DNA from: Gammaproteobacteria bacterium
Lineage (GTDB): Bacteria > Pseudomonadota > Gammaproteobacteria > Pseudomonadales > IMCC2047
Assembly: GCA_021773395.1 (NCBI GenBank)
Contig: JAJFKB010000002.1
Span: 513,050-577,049, forward strand
Direction of reading: 5' to 3'
DNA: 64,000 nucleotides
Positions within the stretch are counted from its first letter, which is position 1. Every line of letters begins with the position of its first letter. The position numbers and the translations under genes are program-made. Shown here one piece after another: positions 20,002-30,295 of this stretch. A model generated the notes under the pieces. It was given only the letters and a program-made list of their open reading frames with translations, was not told where the DNA came from and made no database searches.

Positions 20002-20997
20002 ATGTACAATGCGCCATACAATAACCAATTTAGACGATGCGATAAACGAAATACGGTGAAAACTTCAACTAAATTACAAGACCAGACCTGGTATGTTTTA
20101 GGTGTTGGCGCAATTGGCTGTCTATGGGCAGCACATTTGGGATTGGCCGGCCATAAAGTGAAACTGATTTTGAAAAGCTGTCGACGCTTGAAACAGTTTC
20201 AACTATCGTCAGAAATAAAACTGTCTCAACAATCGGAAGAATTTTCCATACCGGCAGAGGCTGAACTGGCAAACGATAAAACGTCCGTCATTCGCTATCT
20301 TCTCGTCTGCACCAAAAGTCCGGATGCACTGCAGGCTATACAATCTATTGCACATCGATTAGACCAAAGCAGCCGACTAATCCTCTTGCTAAATGGCCTG
20401 GGGGCGCAGCAGGCAGTTGCCGAGGCATTTCCAAACATTCCCTTAATTTGCGCGACAACTACCGATGGTGCTTATCTTCGATCGCCGTTTCATGTAACAC
20501 ATGCAGGCGTTGGTGAAACTCATTTTGGTTTAATCTCCCATCAAGATGAGAAAGAAACCATTTATTCTGAGCTAAAAAGCACATTCAGATGTTTGGGCTT
20601 AGTTGCCCACTGGGACAACAACATCTATCCAAGACTTTGCAACAAGCTGATGGTCAATGCTGTTATTAATCCCCTGACGGCTATTTACAACTGCAACAAT
20701 GGTGAAATCCTAAAAAGCGCAGATCGCCTATCCCTGATTGAAGAGCTGTGTATAGAGATCGAATCAGTGATGGATAAGCTCTGCCCTGACCACACATCCA
20801 ATCTTTTCGCTAAAGTTCAAAAAATTGCCCACGCTACCGCCGGCAACTATTCTTCCATGCACCAGGATATTGCAGCCGGACGCTTGACGGAAATTGACTA
20901 TATCAACGGCTACTTGTGTCAACAGGCTAAAGAGCTTTCCATAGCCACGCCGCTGAACCTTAAACTCATTGAAAAAATTAAAGCACTAAGCCCTTAA
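20002..20997 (+). CDS. 2-dehydropantoate 2-reductase family (PanE/ApbA-like) oxidoreductase
   Basis: Has the Rossmann motif YVLGVGAIGCLWAAHL and a C-terminal ApbA-like region ending ...SSMHQDIAAGRLTEIDYINGYL. The start is uncertain and the GTG at 20056 is an alternative. Confidence 0.75.
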   Translation: MYNAPYNNQFRRCDKRNTVKTSTKLQDQTWYVLGVGAIGCLWAAHLGLAGHKVKLILKSCRRLKQFQLSSEIKLSQQSEEFSIPAEAELANDKTSVIRYLLVCTKSPDALQAIQSIAHRLDQSSRLILLLNGLGAQQAVAEAFPNIPLICATTTDGAYLRSPFHVTHAGVGETHFGLISHQDEKETIYSELKSTFRCLGLVAHWDNNIYPRLCNKLMVNAVINPLTAIYNCNNGEILKSADRLSLIEELCIEIESVMDKLCPDHTSNLFAKVQKIAHATAGNYSSMHQDIAAGRLTEIDYINGYLCQQAKELSIATPLNLKLIEKIKALSP

Positions 20998-21042
20998 TTT
21001 TGGATCACAGCAGGCTAGACGGAGCTGAGGATTATTGCTGAC

Positions 21043-21909
21043 TCAGGGTCTAATGTTAGTGAGTCGGTGGGAAAAATTAAATACGTTTTCCGGGCAGACG
21101 TCGATACAACGCCCACAATTAGTACATTCGCCCGATAAAATTAGTGGACTAAGGCCTTTTTTCTCACCCGTTAGCGCTGGAACAATTACTTGAGGTTCCG
21201 GACAGACCTGATAACAATCACCACAGTCAGTGCACCGGTTGCGACGCCCGGCATTTACTCTGATCAATGATTTGGCTCCCAGCAACCCATAGAACGCCCC
21301 TACCGGGCAGAGCGCACCGCACCAGCCCCTTTTTGTCACAAACAGATCAAATAGAAACACCAACAACACCACGCCCCAACTAAGGCCGGCCCCATAAACC
21401 AGACCACGCTGGAATATGGTAATCGGATTTACGAACTCCCAGATAATAGTCCCTGTCTGCCAGCACAAAAAAGGCACCAGGAAAAGCACTACATAACGGA
21501 CCTGCTTGGGAATCACCAAGTCCCGACTTAACGCCAGCCGGGATCTAAGCCATGCGGCCAGATCGGTGGCCATATTAATTGGACATACCCAGGAACAATA
21601 AACCCGGCCTCCGACCACCACATAGAACAGTGAAACCGTTATCGCTCCTATAATGGCTGTAACATAGACGGCATGCCCTGCGAATAAGGACTGCAGCATG
21701 ATCAGCGGATCCGTCAAAGAAAGCACACCCAGCACCTCACTCGATGCCAGATTACCCTTTATCACCCAAAGGCCTAAAAATGGCCCCGCTAAAAAAAGAG
21801 CCAGCATTAGTAACTGACAGGTTCGTCTGGTCAGTAGCCAACGATTTCTACTAATTCTATTTTTTTCAGGGCTATCTAATTGCTCAACAGGAATACGTTC
21901 CAGACTCAT
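21043..21909 (-). CDS. napH: NapH/MauN-like membrane polyferredoxin (quinol dehydrogenase subunit)
   Basis: 288 aa with 4 TM segments, CSWVCP and CGALCP motifs, and two C-terminal CxxCxxCxxxCP clusters. Confidence 0.75.
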   Translation of the reverse strand: MSLERIPVEQLDSPEKNRISRNRWLLTRRTCQLLMLALFLAGPFLGLWVIKGNLASSEVLGVLSLTDPLIMLQSLFAGHAVYVTAIIGAITVSLFYVVVGGRVYCSWVCPINMATDLAAWLRSRLALSRDLVIPKQVRYVVLFLVPFLCWQTGTIIWEFVNPITIFQRGLVYGAGLSWGVVLLVFLFDLFVTKRGWCGALCPVGAFYGLLGAKSLIRVNAGRRNRCTDCGDCYQVCPEPQVIVPALTGEKKGLSPLILSGECTNCGRCIDVCPENVFNFSHRLTNIRP

Positions 21910-22559
21910 ACCACCAATCCCGCATCCTGTTTCACCAAATGTCGAGGCAGCACCTTAATGGATGCCTGATCGGTGATGCAATCGTGTTCGCACTTGCCAC
22001 AACCAGTACAGTAGTCCGTATGAACGGTGGGCATGAATACATCACGCCCACCCCGGCGGTGGGCTTCCATGGTGATCGCCCTGTCTTTAACCGGACAGGC
22101 CAAATAACAGGCTCGACATTGACCGATGCCGGTAAAAGCATAGCAAGTATCGACCCCGGTAAATACCGCGAGTCCCATATCTGCCTTGTTAATATCCAGC
22201 AAAGCATGACTCAACGCACCCGTTGGGCAGGCTTCAAGACAGGGAATATCTGTACACATTTCACAGGGAATTCTGCGCGCGACAAAATACGGGGTCCCGG
22301 TGGTTACCGGCTCACCTAGTTCAGCCAGCTTTAACGTATCAAACGGGCAATTGCGAACGCAAAGTCCACAGCGAACGCAGGCACTTAAAAAATCCTTTTC
22401 GCTAAGCGCTCCTGGTGGGCGAATTACAATTGCTGGAAGACCTGTCTTTTCACGCTGTGCATGACCCGCGATAAGGAACCCAAAAACCCCCAATGAGCCC
22501 AGATACTGTAGTATCCTGCCTATAAATTTTCTACGACTTTTTAGAAAAGCCAAATCCAC
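21906..22559 (-). CDS. napG: NapG/MauM-like periplasmic 4x[4Fe-4S] ferredoxin with Tat signal
   Basis: 217 aa with the twin-arginine leader SRRKFIG and four Cys clusters (CVRCGLCVRNCP, CEMC...CLEACP, CRACYLACP, CTGCGKCEHDC). It overlaps napH by 4 nt. Confidence 0.75.
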   Translation of the reverse strand: MDLAFLKSRRKFIGRILQYLGSLGVFGFLIAGHAQREKTGLPAIVIRPPGALSEKDFLSACVRCGLCVRNCPFDTLKLAELGEPVTTGTPYFVARRIPCEMCTDIPCLEACPTGALSHALLDINKADMGLAVFTGVDTCYAFTGIGQCRACYLACPVKDRAITMEAHRRGGRDVFMPTVHTDYCTGCGKCEHDCITDQASIKVLPRHLVKQDAGLVV

Positions 22560-22819
22560 CTCAGTAATCTATCGCTTATAAAGATCTTTGCACAATGTAG
22601 CAAACCAAGGCTAGACAAGGCCTCTTACAACTGCAGGCTAAATGATTTATAAATAGTCTGACAACTTCCTGCAGCATTATCACGGACGACGTTTAGACTA
22701 TCATACGCCTTCCCGAAGAATATGATAATTCACTATCCTATTAGTGGACTCTTCTCCCTACAGAATCAATTCGACGGACAATAATGGATCTGACCACTAC
22801 TAACCCGGAGCTCCTTTTG

Positions 22820-24808
22820 TCACATAACTAATTTGCGAATATCAGAAAGGACCTGTGTTAAAAACGTCACAAATTGGCCGGCGTCTACGCCATTAATGGC
22901 GCGATGATCGTAGGACAAGGTCAGAGGTAACATTTTTCGTGGCACAAACTCACCATTCAGATAAAGTGGCCTAACCGAGGTTCGGGAAACGCCGAGAATA
23001 GCCACCTCCGGTGTATTTACAATAGGAGTAAAACCAGTCCCTCCAATAGCTCCCAGACTCGATACTGTAAAACAACCTCCCTGTAAATCTTCTTTTCTCA
23101 GTTTGCCCTCCTGGCCCTTCACTCCAAGTTCGGTCGCTTCTTCCGCCAGTTCCCATATGCCTTTTTTATCAACATCCTTGATTATAGGCACCATGAGTCC
23201 TGCGGGAGTATTCATTGCGATACCTATATTGCAATATTGTTTGCGTATCAGTTCCTCCCCAGAAGGCGCCAGCGAAACATTAAACTGGGGATATTGCCTT
23301 AACGCTACGGCACAGGCCTTCAACAAAAAGGGTAAAGGTGTCAGCTTGAGGCCCCGTTTGGTAGCCTGTTCTTTTTTTAGTGCCCGAAAATCTTCCAGGT
23401 CCGTGATATCCGCTTCGTCAAAATGTGTCACATGAGGCACGTTGAGCCAGCTACGATGCATCGCACTGGCGGTCAACTTTTGCACCCGTGTCATTGCGAT
23501 CCGCTCAATCTCACCAAATTGACTGAAATCTATCTCCGGCACTGGTGGAATTCCAAGACCGGAATTTTGTGCGTTGCCGCCCGCCTTTAGAGCCTGTTTT
23601 ACAAAGTTCTGCACATCCTCCTTTAGAATTCTTTCACGCGGCCCCGTTGCCGTCACCTGTGCCAAATCAACACCCAGCTCCCTTGCAAGCATGCGCACCG
23701 CTGGACCTGCGTAAACCAGCTGACTAGGCCTGGAAGATGTTTCGCTGGACTTAGTAGCAGCTGCGGCTGCCAGTGGCTGATGCTGTTTTTCCTTTGGTTT
23801 ACTGATTGAGGTTTCAGATGCCTGATTTGTCTGCGCTGGTAGTTGGTCAGTCTGTAATTCCAATACAGGCGTACCTTCCCCGACCTTATCACCGACTTTC
23901 ACCAACAACGATCCTATCGTCCCAGCATAGGGTGAAGGGATTTCCATTGAAGCCTTGTCAGACTCCAGCACAATCAGCGTTTCGTCTCGCTCCACTTTAT
24001 CGCCCACAGCAACAGTCACTTCTATGACTTCGACATCGGAAGCATCACCAATATCAGGAACTTTGACTAATACAGGTGCTTCCGCACCCTGCGTTGAAGT
24101 GTTATCTGATACATTTCTATCTGCTCCCTTCAGATCACTCTCTGGCTCCACCGACTCTTGATTGGATTCGACGGCCACCTCATCAACGACCTCGAGTTCA
24201 ACAATATGCGAACCCGCTGACACCTTGTCCCCGACACTCACCTCGATTCCAATTACTACGCCCGCATGTGGCGAAGGAACCTCCATAGATGCTTTGTCCG
24301 ATTCAAGCACAATTAACGTATCATTTTCCTGAACGCTGTCACCCGGTTTAACCGAAATCTCAATAACCTCGACATCCTGTTCGTCACCGATATCGGGTAC
24401 AGCAACTAACACTTTCTGACTCTGTGCAGAGCCAGGTGCTACAGATGAAGGTGCTGCAGGCGAAGACGGTTCAACTTCAGTGGATTGGCTCTCAGAATCA
24501 TCAATAGATTTTGACGCCTCGTCCCCCTTTACAGGTTGCTCATTAGTCGACTCCGCGTTAGTGGAATCCTCAGAATTCTCAATAACAGCAATGACTGATC
24601 CCTCGGAGACTTTACCTCCCACCTCTACTTTCATCGACTTGATGACCCCGGCGCAAGGAGATGGCACCTCCATCGAAGCCTTATCCGACTCAAGAACGAT
24701 AAGCGGATCGTTGGCGCTTACTTCATCCCCCACCGCAACACAAAGCTCGATCACCTCTACATTCGAGGCATCGCCAATATCCGGTACTTTTACAATCTCT
24801 TCGCTCAC
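22820..24808 (-). CDS. aceF: pyruvate dehydrogenase E2, dihydrolipoyllysine-residue acetyltransferase (three lipoyl domains)
   Basis: 662 aa with three copies of ...VPDIGD..VEVIE...LESDKASMEVPSP..G..., a subunit-binding domain, and a catalytic domain containing DHRAINGVD. Confidence 0.97.
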   Translation of the reverse strand: MSEEIVKVPDIGDASNVEVIELCVAVGDEVSANDPLIVLESDKASMEVPSPCAGVIKSMKVEVGGKVSEGSVIAVIENSEDSTNAESTNEQPVKGDEASKSIDDSESQSTEVEPSSPAAPSSVAPGSAQSQKVLVAVPDIGDEQDVEVIEISVKPGDSVQENDTLIVLESDKASMEVPSPHAGVVIGIEVSVGDKVSAGSHIVELEVVDEVAVESNQESVEPESDLKGADRNVSDNTSTQGAEAPVLVKVPDIGDASDVEVIEVTVAVGDKVERDETLIVLESDKASMEIPSPYAGTIGSLLVKVGDKVGEGTPVLELQTDQLPAQTNQASETSISKPKEKQHQPLAAAAATKSSETSSRPSQLVYAGPAVRMLARELGVDLAQVTATGPRERILKEDVQNFVKQALKAGGNAQNSGLGIPPVPEIDFSQFGEIERIAMTRVQKLTASAMHRSWLNVPHVTHFDEADITDLEDFRALKKEQATKRGLKLTPLPFLLKACAVALRQYPQFNVSLAPSGEELIRKQYCNIGIAMNTPAGLMVPIIKDVDKKGIWELAEEATELGVKGQEGKLRKEDLQGGCFTVSSLGAIGGTGFTPIVNTPEVAILGVSRTSVRPLYLNGEFVPRKMLPLTLSYDHRAINGVDAGQFVTFLTQVLSDIRKLVM

Positions 24809-24861
24809 TATAAAAATCCTTACTCTCGAAGTCTTCTTGGTTCAATACTGGTTGATCCAAA

Positions 24862-27531
24862 TTACACTTTCAGTGGATTGGGTTTCTCAGGGTCAATATT
24901 GAATTTATTAATCGCTTTGGCCACCAGTGCCGAAGACACCTTTTCTTCTTTAGCCAACGACTGCAGTGCAGCCACCGTAATAAAATGCCTGTCCACTTCA
25001 AAGAAATGCCGCAGTTTTTGCCTCGAATCACTTCTACCAAAACCGTCAGTACCCAATACCTTATATGTTGCAGGCACATAGGCTCGTATTTGATCGGCAT
25101 AGTTCTTCATATAATCAGTTGCCGCAATAACCGGAGCATCTGAACCCTGCAAACACTTTGTCACGTAGCTCTCACGCGGTTCCTTTTCAGGATTCAGCAT
25201 ACTCCAGCGCTCGGCCTCATTGCCCTCTCTGGCCAGCTCGTTAAAGCTGGTCGCAGCCCAGATTTCAACATCTACCTGAAACTCTTTATTAAGGATATCC
25301 GCAGCGGCAATCACTTCGCGAAGCACAGATCCACTGCCAACCAATCGAACGTGCAGATCATGGTTATCCGATGCCGCTGAGAACAAATACATACCTTTCT
25401 TTATTCCCTGTTCAGCGCCCTCCGGCATTGCTGGATGCTCATAATTTTCATTTAATAATGTTAGATAATAGTAGACCGCCTCTTTATCCTGGTACATACG
25501 GCGCATACCATCCTGAACAATCACCGCCACTTCGTAAGAGAAAGTCGCATCATACGATATACAGTTGGGCACGGTATTGGCCAGAATATGACTATGTCCA
25601 TCCTGATGCTGCAAGCCTTCACCATTCAAGGTCGTGCGACCTGATGTACCACCTACCAGAAAACCTCGCGCCTGCATATCACCAGCCGCCCAACAAAGAT
25701 CACCAATTCGCTGGAAACCAAACATCGAATAAAAAATATAAAAAGGAATGACTGGACAGTTATAGTTGCTGTAAGCCGTCGCCAGAGCGATCCATGCAGA
25801 AGCCGCCCCAGCCTCATTAATACCTTCCTCCAGCATTTGCCCTTTTTTATCTTCGCGATAGGACATAATCTGATCCGCATCTACCGGCTCATATAGCTGT
25901 CCCCCCGAAGAATATATACCCAACTGCCTGAACATCCCCTCCATGCCAAATGTTCTTGCCTCATCGGGTACGATAGGAACGATCTTATCACCTATCTGCT
26001 TATCCTTGACTAGCGCGGAAAGGATTCGAACAAATGCCATCGTGGTGGAAATTTTTCTTTCACCGGTTGCCTCAAGTTGTTTGGCAAATGCCTCCAGAGG
26101 AGGTACCTGAAGTGCTTCAAAATCAGCCCTTCTTTGCGGCAGGTTGCCACCCAGTGCAGCCCTGCGTTTTCTCATATACTGCATTTCCGGACGATCCTCC
26201 GGTGGCCGATAATAAGGGACATTATCAAGCTCTTCATCACTCAAAGGTATTTCATAGCGATCACGAAAAGCTGCCAATGCTTTCTTATCGACTTTTTTCA
26301 GCGAATGCGTACCCATTTGCGCTTCACCCTTGTCGCCGACTCCGTAACCCTTCACTGTATGAGCCAATATAACGGTGGGCTGCCCCTTATGATTCACTGC
26401 TTCATGATAGGCCGCGTACACCTTATAAGGATCGTGTCCTCCACGGTTTAGTTTGAAGATTTGATCGTCCGACAAATCCTTTACCATCTCTAGCGTTTCA
26501 GGGTACTTACCGAAGAAGTGCTCTCGGGTATAGGCTCCGCCATTTGCTTTATAGTTCTGGTACTCACCATCAACGGTTTCATCCATACATTTTTGCAGCA
26601 AGCCATCTTTATCGTTTGCCAGCAGTGGATCCCAAAGCCGACCCCACACCACCTTAATCACATTCCATCCGGCACCCCGAAACACACCTTCGAGCTCCTG
26701 AATAATCTTGCTGTTCCCACGTACCGGACCATCCAAACGCTGCAGATTACAGTTAACCACAAAAATTAAGTTTTCAAGCTGCTCTCGACCTGCCAGCGAG
26801 ATCGCTCCCAGGGTTTCCGGCTCGTCCGTTTCACCATCCCCCAGAAATGCCCAAACCTTACGATCACCCCTGGGCGCATGACCTCGCGCAGACATATAGC
26901 GCATTACGTGGGCCTGGTAGATCGCCTGAATCGGCCCAAGCCCCATCGACACCGTTGGGAACTGCCAATAATCAGGCATTAGCCAGGGATGCGGATAGGA
27001 GGACAGCCCCGCTCCATCAACCTCACGCCGAAACTGATCCATTTGCTCTTCGTCAAACCTTCCCTCTACAAATGATCGCGCATAAATACCGGGTGCTGAA
27101 TGTCCTTGATAATAAATAAGATCTCCTGGGTGCTCTTCGTTGGAAGCTCGCCAAAAATAGTTAAACCCGACATCATAAAGCGTTGCACTGGATTGAAAAG
27201 TTGAAATATGTCCACCCAGCTCGTCATCGTTCATATTGGCTCGCATAACCATAACCAGCGCATTCCAGCGAACCAGCGAGCGAATGCCTCTCTCCATAAA
27301 CAGGTCTCCCGGCATAGGCGCTTCATCGGCCAGAGGGATGGTATTACGAAAGGGTGTGGTTAATGCGTATGGAATCTGGGCGCCCGTGCGGGTGGCATGA
27401 TCAGAGAGCTGTTTTAGAATAAAGTGCGCGCGTTCCATGCCCTCCTTTTGAATAACGGCTTCAAGCGCGTCAACCCACTCCTCGGTTTCGGTGGGATCCA
27501 TATCATCAGAACTGGGTCTATGCATTAACAT
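24862..27531 (-). CDS. aceE: pyruvate dehydrogenase E1 component (homodimeric type)
   Basis: 889 aa with the TPP-binding motif GDGETDEPE...NCNLQRLDG and end-to-end AceE-like sequence. Confidence 0.97.
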   Translation of the reverse strand: MLMHRPSSDDMDPTETEEWVDALEAVIQKEGMERAHFILKQLSDHATRTGAQIPYALTTPFRNTIPLADEAPMPGDLFMERGIRSLVRWNALVMVMRANMNDDELGGHISTFQSSATLYDVGFNYFWRASNEEHPGDLIYYQGHSAPGIYARSFVEGRFDEEQMDQFRREVDGAGLSSYPHPWLMPDYWQFPTVSMGLGPIQAIYQAHVMRYMSARGHAPRGDRKVWAFLGDGETDEPETLGAISLAGREQLENLIFVVNCNLQRLDGPVRGNSKIIQELEGVFRGAGWNVIKVVWGRLWDPLLANDKDGLLQKCMDETVDGEYQNYKANGGAYTREHFFGKYPETLEMVKDLSDDQIFKLNRGGHDPYKVYAAYHEAVNHKGQPTVILAHTVKGYGVGDKGEAQMGTHSLKKVDKKALAAFRDRYEIPLSDEELDNVPYYRPPEDRPEMQYMRKRRAALGGNLPQRRADFEALQVPPLEAFAKQLEATGERKISTTMAFVRILSALVKDKQIGDKIVPIVPDEARTFGMEGMFRQLGIYSSGGQLYEPVDADQIMSYREDKKGQMLEEGINEAGAASAWIALATAYSNYNCPVIPFYIFYSMFGFQRIGDLCWAAGDMQARGFLVGGTSGRTTLNGEGLQHQDGHSHILANTVPNCISYDATFSYEVAVIVQDGMRRMYQDKEAVYYYLTLLNENYEHPAMPEGAEQGIKKGMYLFSAASDNHDLHVRLVGSGSVLREVIAAADILNKEFQVDVEIWAATSFNELAREGNEAERWSMLNPEKEPRESYVTKCLQGSDAPVIAATDYMKNYADQIRAYVPATYKVLGTDGFGRSDSRQKLRHFFEVDRHFITVAALQSLAKEEKVSSALVAKAINKFNIDPEKPNPLKV

Positions 27532-27894
27532 TCAAAATTCCTCATTTACTTCAGGTCACCCGTACAGAAAATTCAATTAAAAAAGCCCCGCGTTCATATG
27601 CCAGGCTCTGTGATCCAGGTCAGTCATTTATTGAGCCAACAGAACGTCATAAAGATAAAGAACTCCTCAGAAGGCTCCATTATTACTTCATCTTTGTGAC
27701 GGAAAATTAGCCGAACAGCTAATTTGCTATCAATCTCATGAATAGCGCGCATTTTTATCATGAATAGACCTTGATTCCCAGTAATTTTTCACTTTATCTT
27801 TCGTTAAATTATGCCCTCTTAGCGCACCAAGGATGACAATGTGAACACCGGCAAACCACCCTAAACTCCGCCAATTATTAATCTCCCTTTACCT

Positions 27895-28800
27895 TCAAGG
27901 CCATAGCCAGGCAGCACCCCTTACACCGCTGCTATCCCCATGCTTGGGTTTACTCAGCAACGTCCTGCATTCATCAGAAAAGACGTAGCTACACCAACGC
28001 CGCGGTACCTCTTTATATAAATCATCTATGTTGGACATACCGCCACCCAAGAGGATGATATCCGGATCCAATAAATTAATAACTGTTGCAAGCGCACAGG
28101 CCAATCTTTCCTGGTAGAGATCCAATTGATACAACGCATTTGCATCCCCTTCTGAGGCTTTTTGCACAATAGTTGCAGCAGACGCCTGCTTCTGAGTCGA
28201 CTTAAAATAGCTATCTTCTAAGGCAGGGCCTGACAAATAGGTTTCGATGCAATCAAACCGATCACAATAGCAGTGTCTTCGCTCTTGAAGGTCAGACTCC
28301 GCCCGGATAGAAATCGGTGGCATTGGATTATGGCCCCACTCTCCGGCAATACCGTTAGCACCCTGCAGCAGTTCTCCCTTATGACAAATACCACCACCTA
28401 CACCGGTACCCAGAATAACGCCAAATACAGTGTCGAATCCGGCTCCTGCACCATCGGTCGCCTCTGAAAGCACAAAACAGTCTGCATCGTTAGCGACACG
28501 CACCTCTCGGTTAAGCAATTGAGACAGATCTTCTTTTAATCTTTGTCCGTTCAGGCAGGTGGAATTACAGTTTTTCATTTTTCCAGTGACACTGGAAATG
28601 GTCCCCGGTGTCGCTAAACCAACAGGCAACGTCTGGTCTGTCAGCTTACCCAGCTGATCGACCAGCTGTGCAAGGGCGCCAAGCGTCGCGTGATAATCTC
28701 CCTGTGGAGTAGCGACTCGAATAGAATGCTCTGTTTTTCCATACGAGCTGATCAGCACGCCTTCGATTTTAGTACCACCTAAATCTATGCCAATACGCAT
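27895..28800 (-). CDS. nagK: ROK-family N-acetyl-D-glucosamine kinase
   Basis: Reads MRIGIDLGGTKIEGVL, then ANDADCFVLSEA, then GTGVGGG, then the Zn motif GEWGH...CYCDRFDCIETYLSG. It is collinear with E. coli NagK. Confidence 0.8.
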   Translation of the reverse strand: MRIGIDLGGTKIEGVLISSYGKTEHSIRVATPQGDYHATLGALAQLVDQLGKLTDQTLPVGLATPGTISSVTGKMKNCNSTCLNGQRLKEDLSQLLNREVRVANDADCFVLSEATDGAGAGFDTVFGVILGTGVGGGICHKGELLQGANGIAGEWGHNPMPPISIRAESDLQERRHCYCDRFDCIETYLSGPALEDSYFKSTQKQASAATIVQKASEGDANALYQLDLYQERLACALATVINLLDPDIILLGGGMSNIDDLYKEVPRRWCSYVFSDECRTLLSKPKHGDSSGVRGAAWLWP

Positions 28801-28806
28801 TGCAGT

Positions 28807-29700
28807 TTAACTAATCACGATAATGGACACCAGGATAACCCAAACCACCAGACTGCGAATCACCAAATCCTCAACCAGATTAATCTCCTTTGTGTAATCT
28901 TCAGCGACGGTTTCCCAGCAAATGGCTGAGGGCTGGCTCCCCTGAATCTGCTCGGCTGACTCCACCGAACAAACGCCCAATGCCGCCATACCGGCATTAT
29001 TCAGCACTTTTTCGGTCGGCATACGCCAGCTCAATACAACTTCTGTCCAACATTTGAAACAGGCTGCGAAATTACCGGCAATGGTAAAGGTAAACCCCAG
29101 CAGCCGAACGGGCAGCCATTCAATGGCATGCAGCAATTCAAGCGCCATCTGCGCGCCACTTTGCGATTCCCTCAGCCAGCCATCGTAAATGCAAATTAGT
29201 CGAATGAAGAGTGCCACCAAAGGTCCAGCAACCAGGTACCAGAAAATCACCACAAAAATCTGTTCAAACCATTGGTATAGGAGTCCAGCCCGCACTTCCT
29301 GTTGCAGTGAGGGAAGATCATCTGCGGTAAATTTCTCTGCAACCCGAAAGTGCTCCACTGCATACCGATAAGCCGCCTGCGTATCTCCGCCCTGCCAATA
29401 GCTGAGGTACTTTTCTGTACTTTCAGGCAGATTATCGCGACCGAAGGAGTAGAATAGAATGAGCGCATGTAGCAGCACGCCTGATAAACCAAAAAACAGC
29501 GGCTCCAGCAACCACAACAGTATACTGACTGTCGAAACCGGTATTAGCAAAGCAAACAGAGTCACCACACGAGGACTATTTTTAAAAAACGACGAAAGCC
29601 AGGATACCAACGCAATAAACCACGCGTCGAAATTCCGGCTCACTCGCAATCCCAATAGTTTGTATGCAGCCAGCGTAATCAGAAGTACCAGAAGCGCCAT
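28807..29700 (-). CDS. ampE: AmpE-like membrane regulatory protein
   Basis: 297 aa membrane protein immediately downstream of ampD (2 nt gap). Size and topology are AmpE-like. Confidence 0.75.
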   Translation of the reverse strand: MALLVLLITLAAYKLLGLRVSRNFDAWFIALVSWLSSFFKNSPRVVTLFALLIPVSTVSILLWLLEPLFFGLSGVLLHALILFYSFGRDNLPESTEKYLSYWQGGDTQAAYRYAVEHFRVAEKFTADDLPSLQQEVRAGLLYQWFEQIFVVIFWYLVAGPLVALFIRLICIYDGWLRESQSGAQMALELLHAIEWLPVRLLGFTFTIAGNFAACFKCWTEVVLSWRMPTEKVLNNAGMAALGVCSVESAEQIQGSQPSAICWETVAEDYTKEINLVEDLVIRSLVVWVILVSIIVIS

Positions 29701-29701
29701 G

Positions 29702-30295
29702 CTATTGCCCTACCTTAATTTTCGTTCCGTGATCGCTGATTAATTTACGGTAAAGTGCCCAATCAAATCCTGAACCTGGATCCGTTTTTCGCCCCGGCGC
29801 AATATCCGAATGCCCTACTATACGTTCCATTGTAATCCCGGGATAATTTTCCATGAGAAGTTGTGTTACCGCTACCAACCGCTGATACTGAATATACTCA
29901 AAAGGCCCATCGTCAACACCCTCCAATTCAATACCGATCGAAAAATCATTGCAATCTTTTTCATCCTCAAAGCAGGAATCACCGGCATGCCAGGCGCGCC
30001 TGTCAAAAGGCACATACTGAACAAGCTGACCGTCACGGCGAATCAGCAGGTGCGACGACACCCTATGATCCGCAATTTCACAGAAATAGGGGTGATGACC
30101 CGATTCAAGTTTGTTGGTAAACAGATCAGTTATATAAGGACCGCCATACTCACCAGGCGGTAAACTGATGCAATGGATCACCAGTAAATCGATATGCCGA
30201 TGAGCAGGCCGCTCACCGCAGTTGGGCGAGCAAATAGGTGTAGCACCCATAATCCAGTGGTTCTTAATGGCATTAAGCACGTAGACTTCCTGCAA
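29702..30295 (-). CDS. ampD: 1,6-anhydro-N-acetylmuramyl-L-alanine amidase AmpD
   Basis: Has amidase_2 motifs: ...IDLLVIHCISLPPGEYGG...VSSHLLIRRDGQLVQYV...RAWHAG...IGIELEG...IVGHSDIAPGRKTDPG. Confidence 0.9.
   Translation of the reverse strand: MQEVYVLNAIKNHWIMGATPICSPNCGERPAHRHIDLLVIHCISLPPGEYGGPYITDLFTNKLESGHHPYFCEIADHRVSSHLLIRRDGQLVQYVPFDRRAWHAGDSCFEDEKDCNDFSIGIELEGVDDGPFEYIQYQRLVAVTQLLMENYPGITMERIVGHSDIAPGRKTDPGSGFDWALYRKLISDHGTKIKVGQ

Noticed and set aside
22794-22815. CCGGAGCTCC palindrome plus TTTTG near the aceF stop as a terminator
   Set aside because: It is a loop-less 4-bp palindrome, and its T-run is on the wrong strand for aceF.
22820-24808. Three approximately 300-nt near-repeats that could be mistaken for a tandem repeat or array
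   Set aside because: They are the three lipoyl domains of AceF with Ala/Pro/Ser/Glu-rich linkers, which is the normal architecture for gammaproteobacterial E2p.
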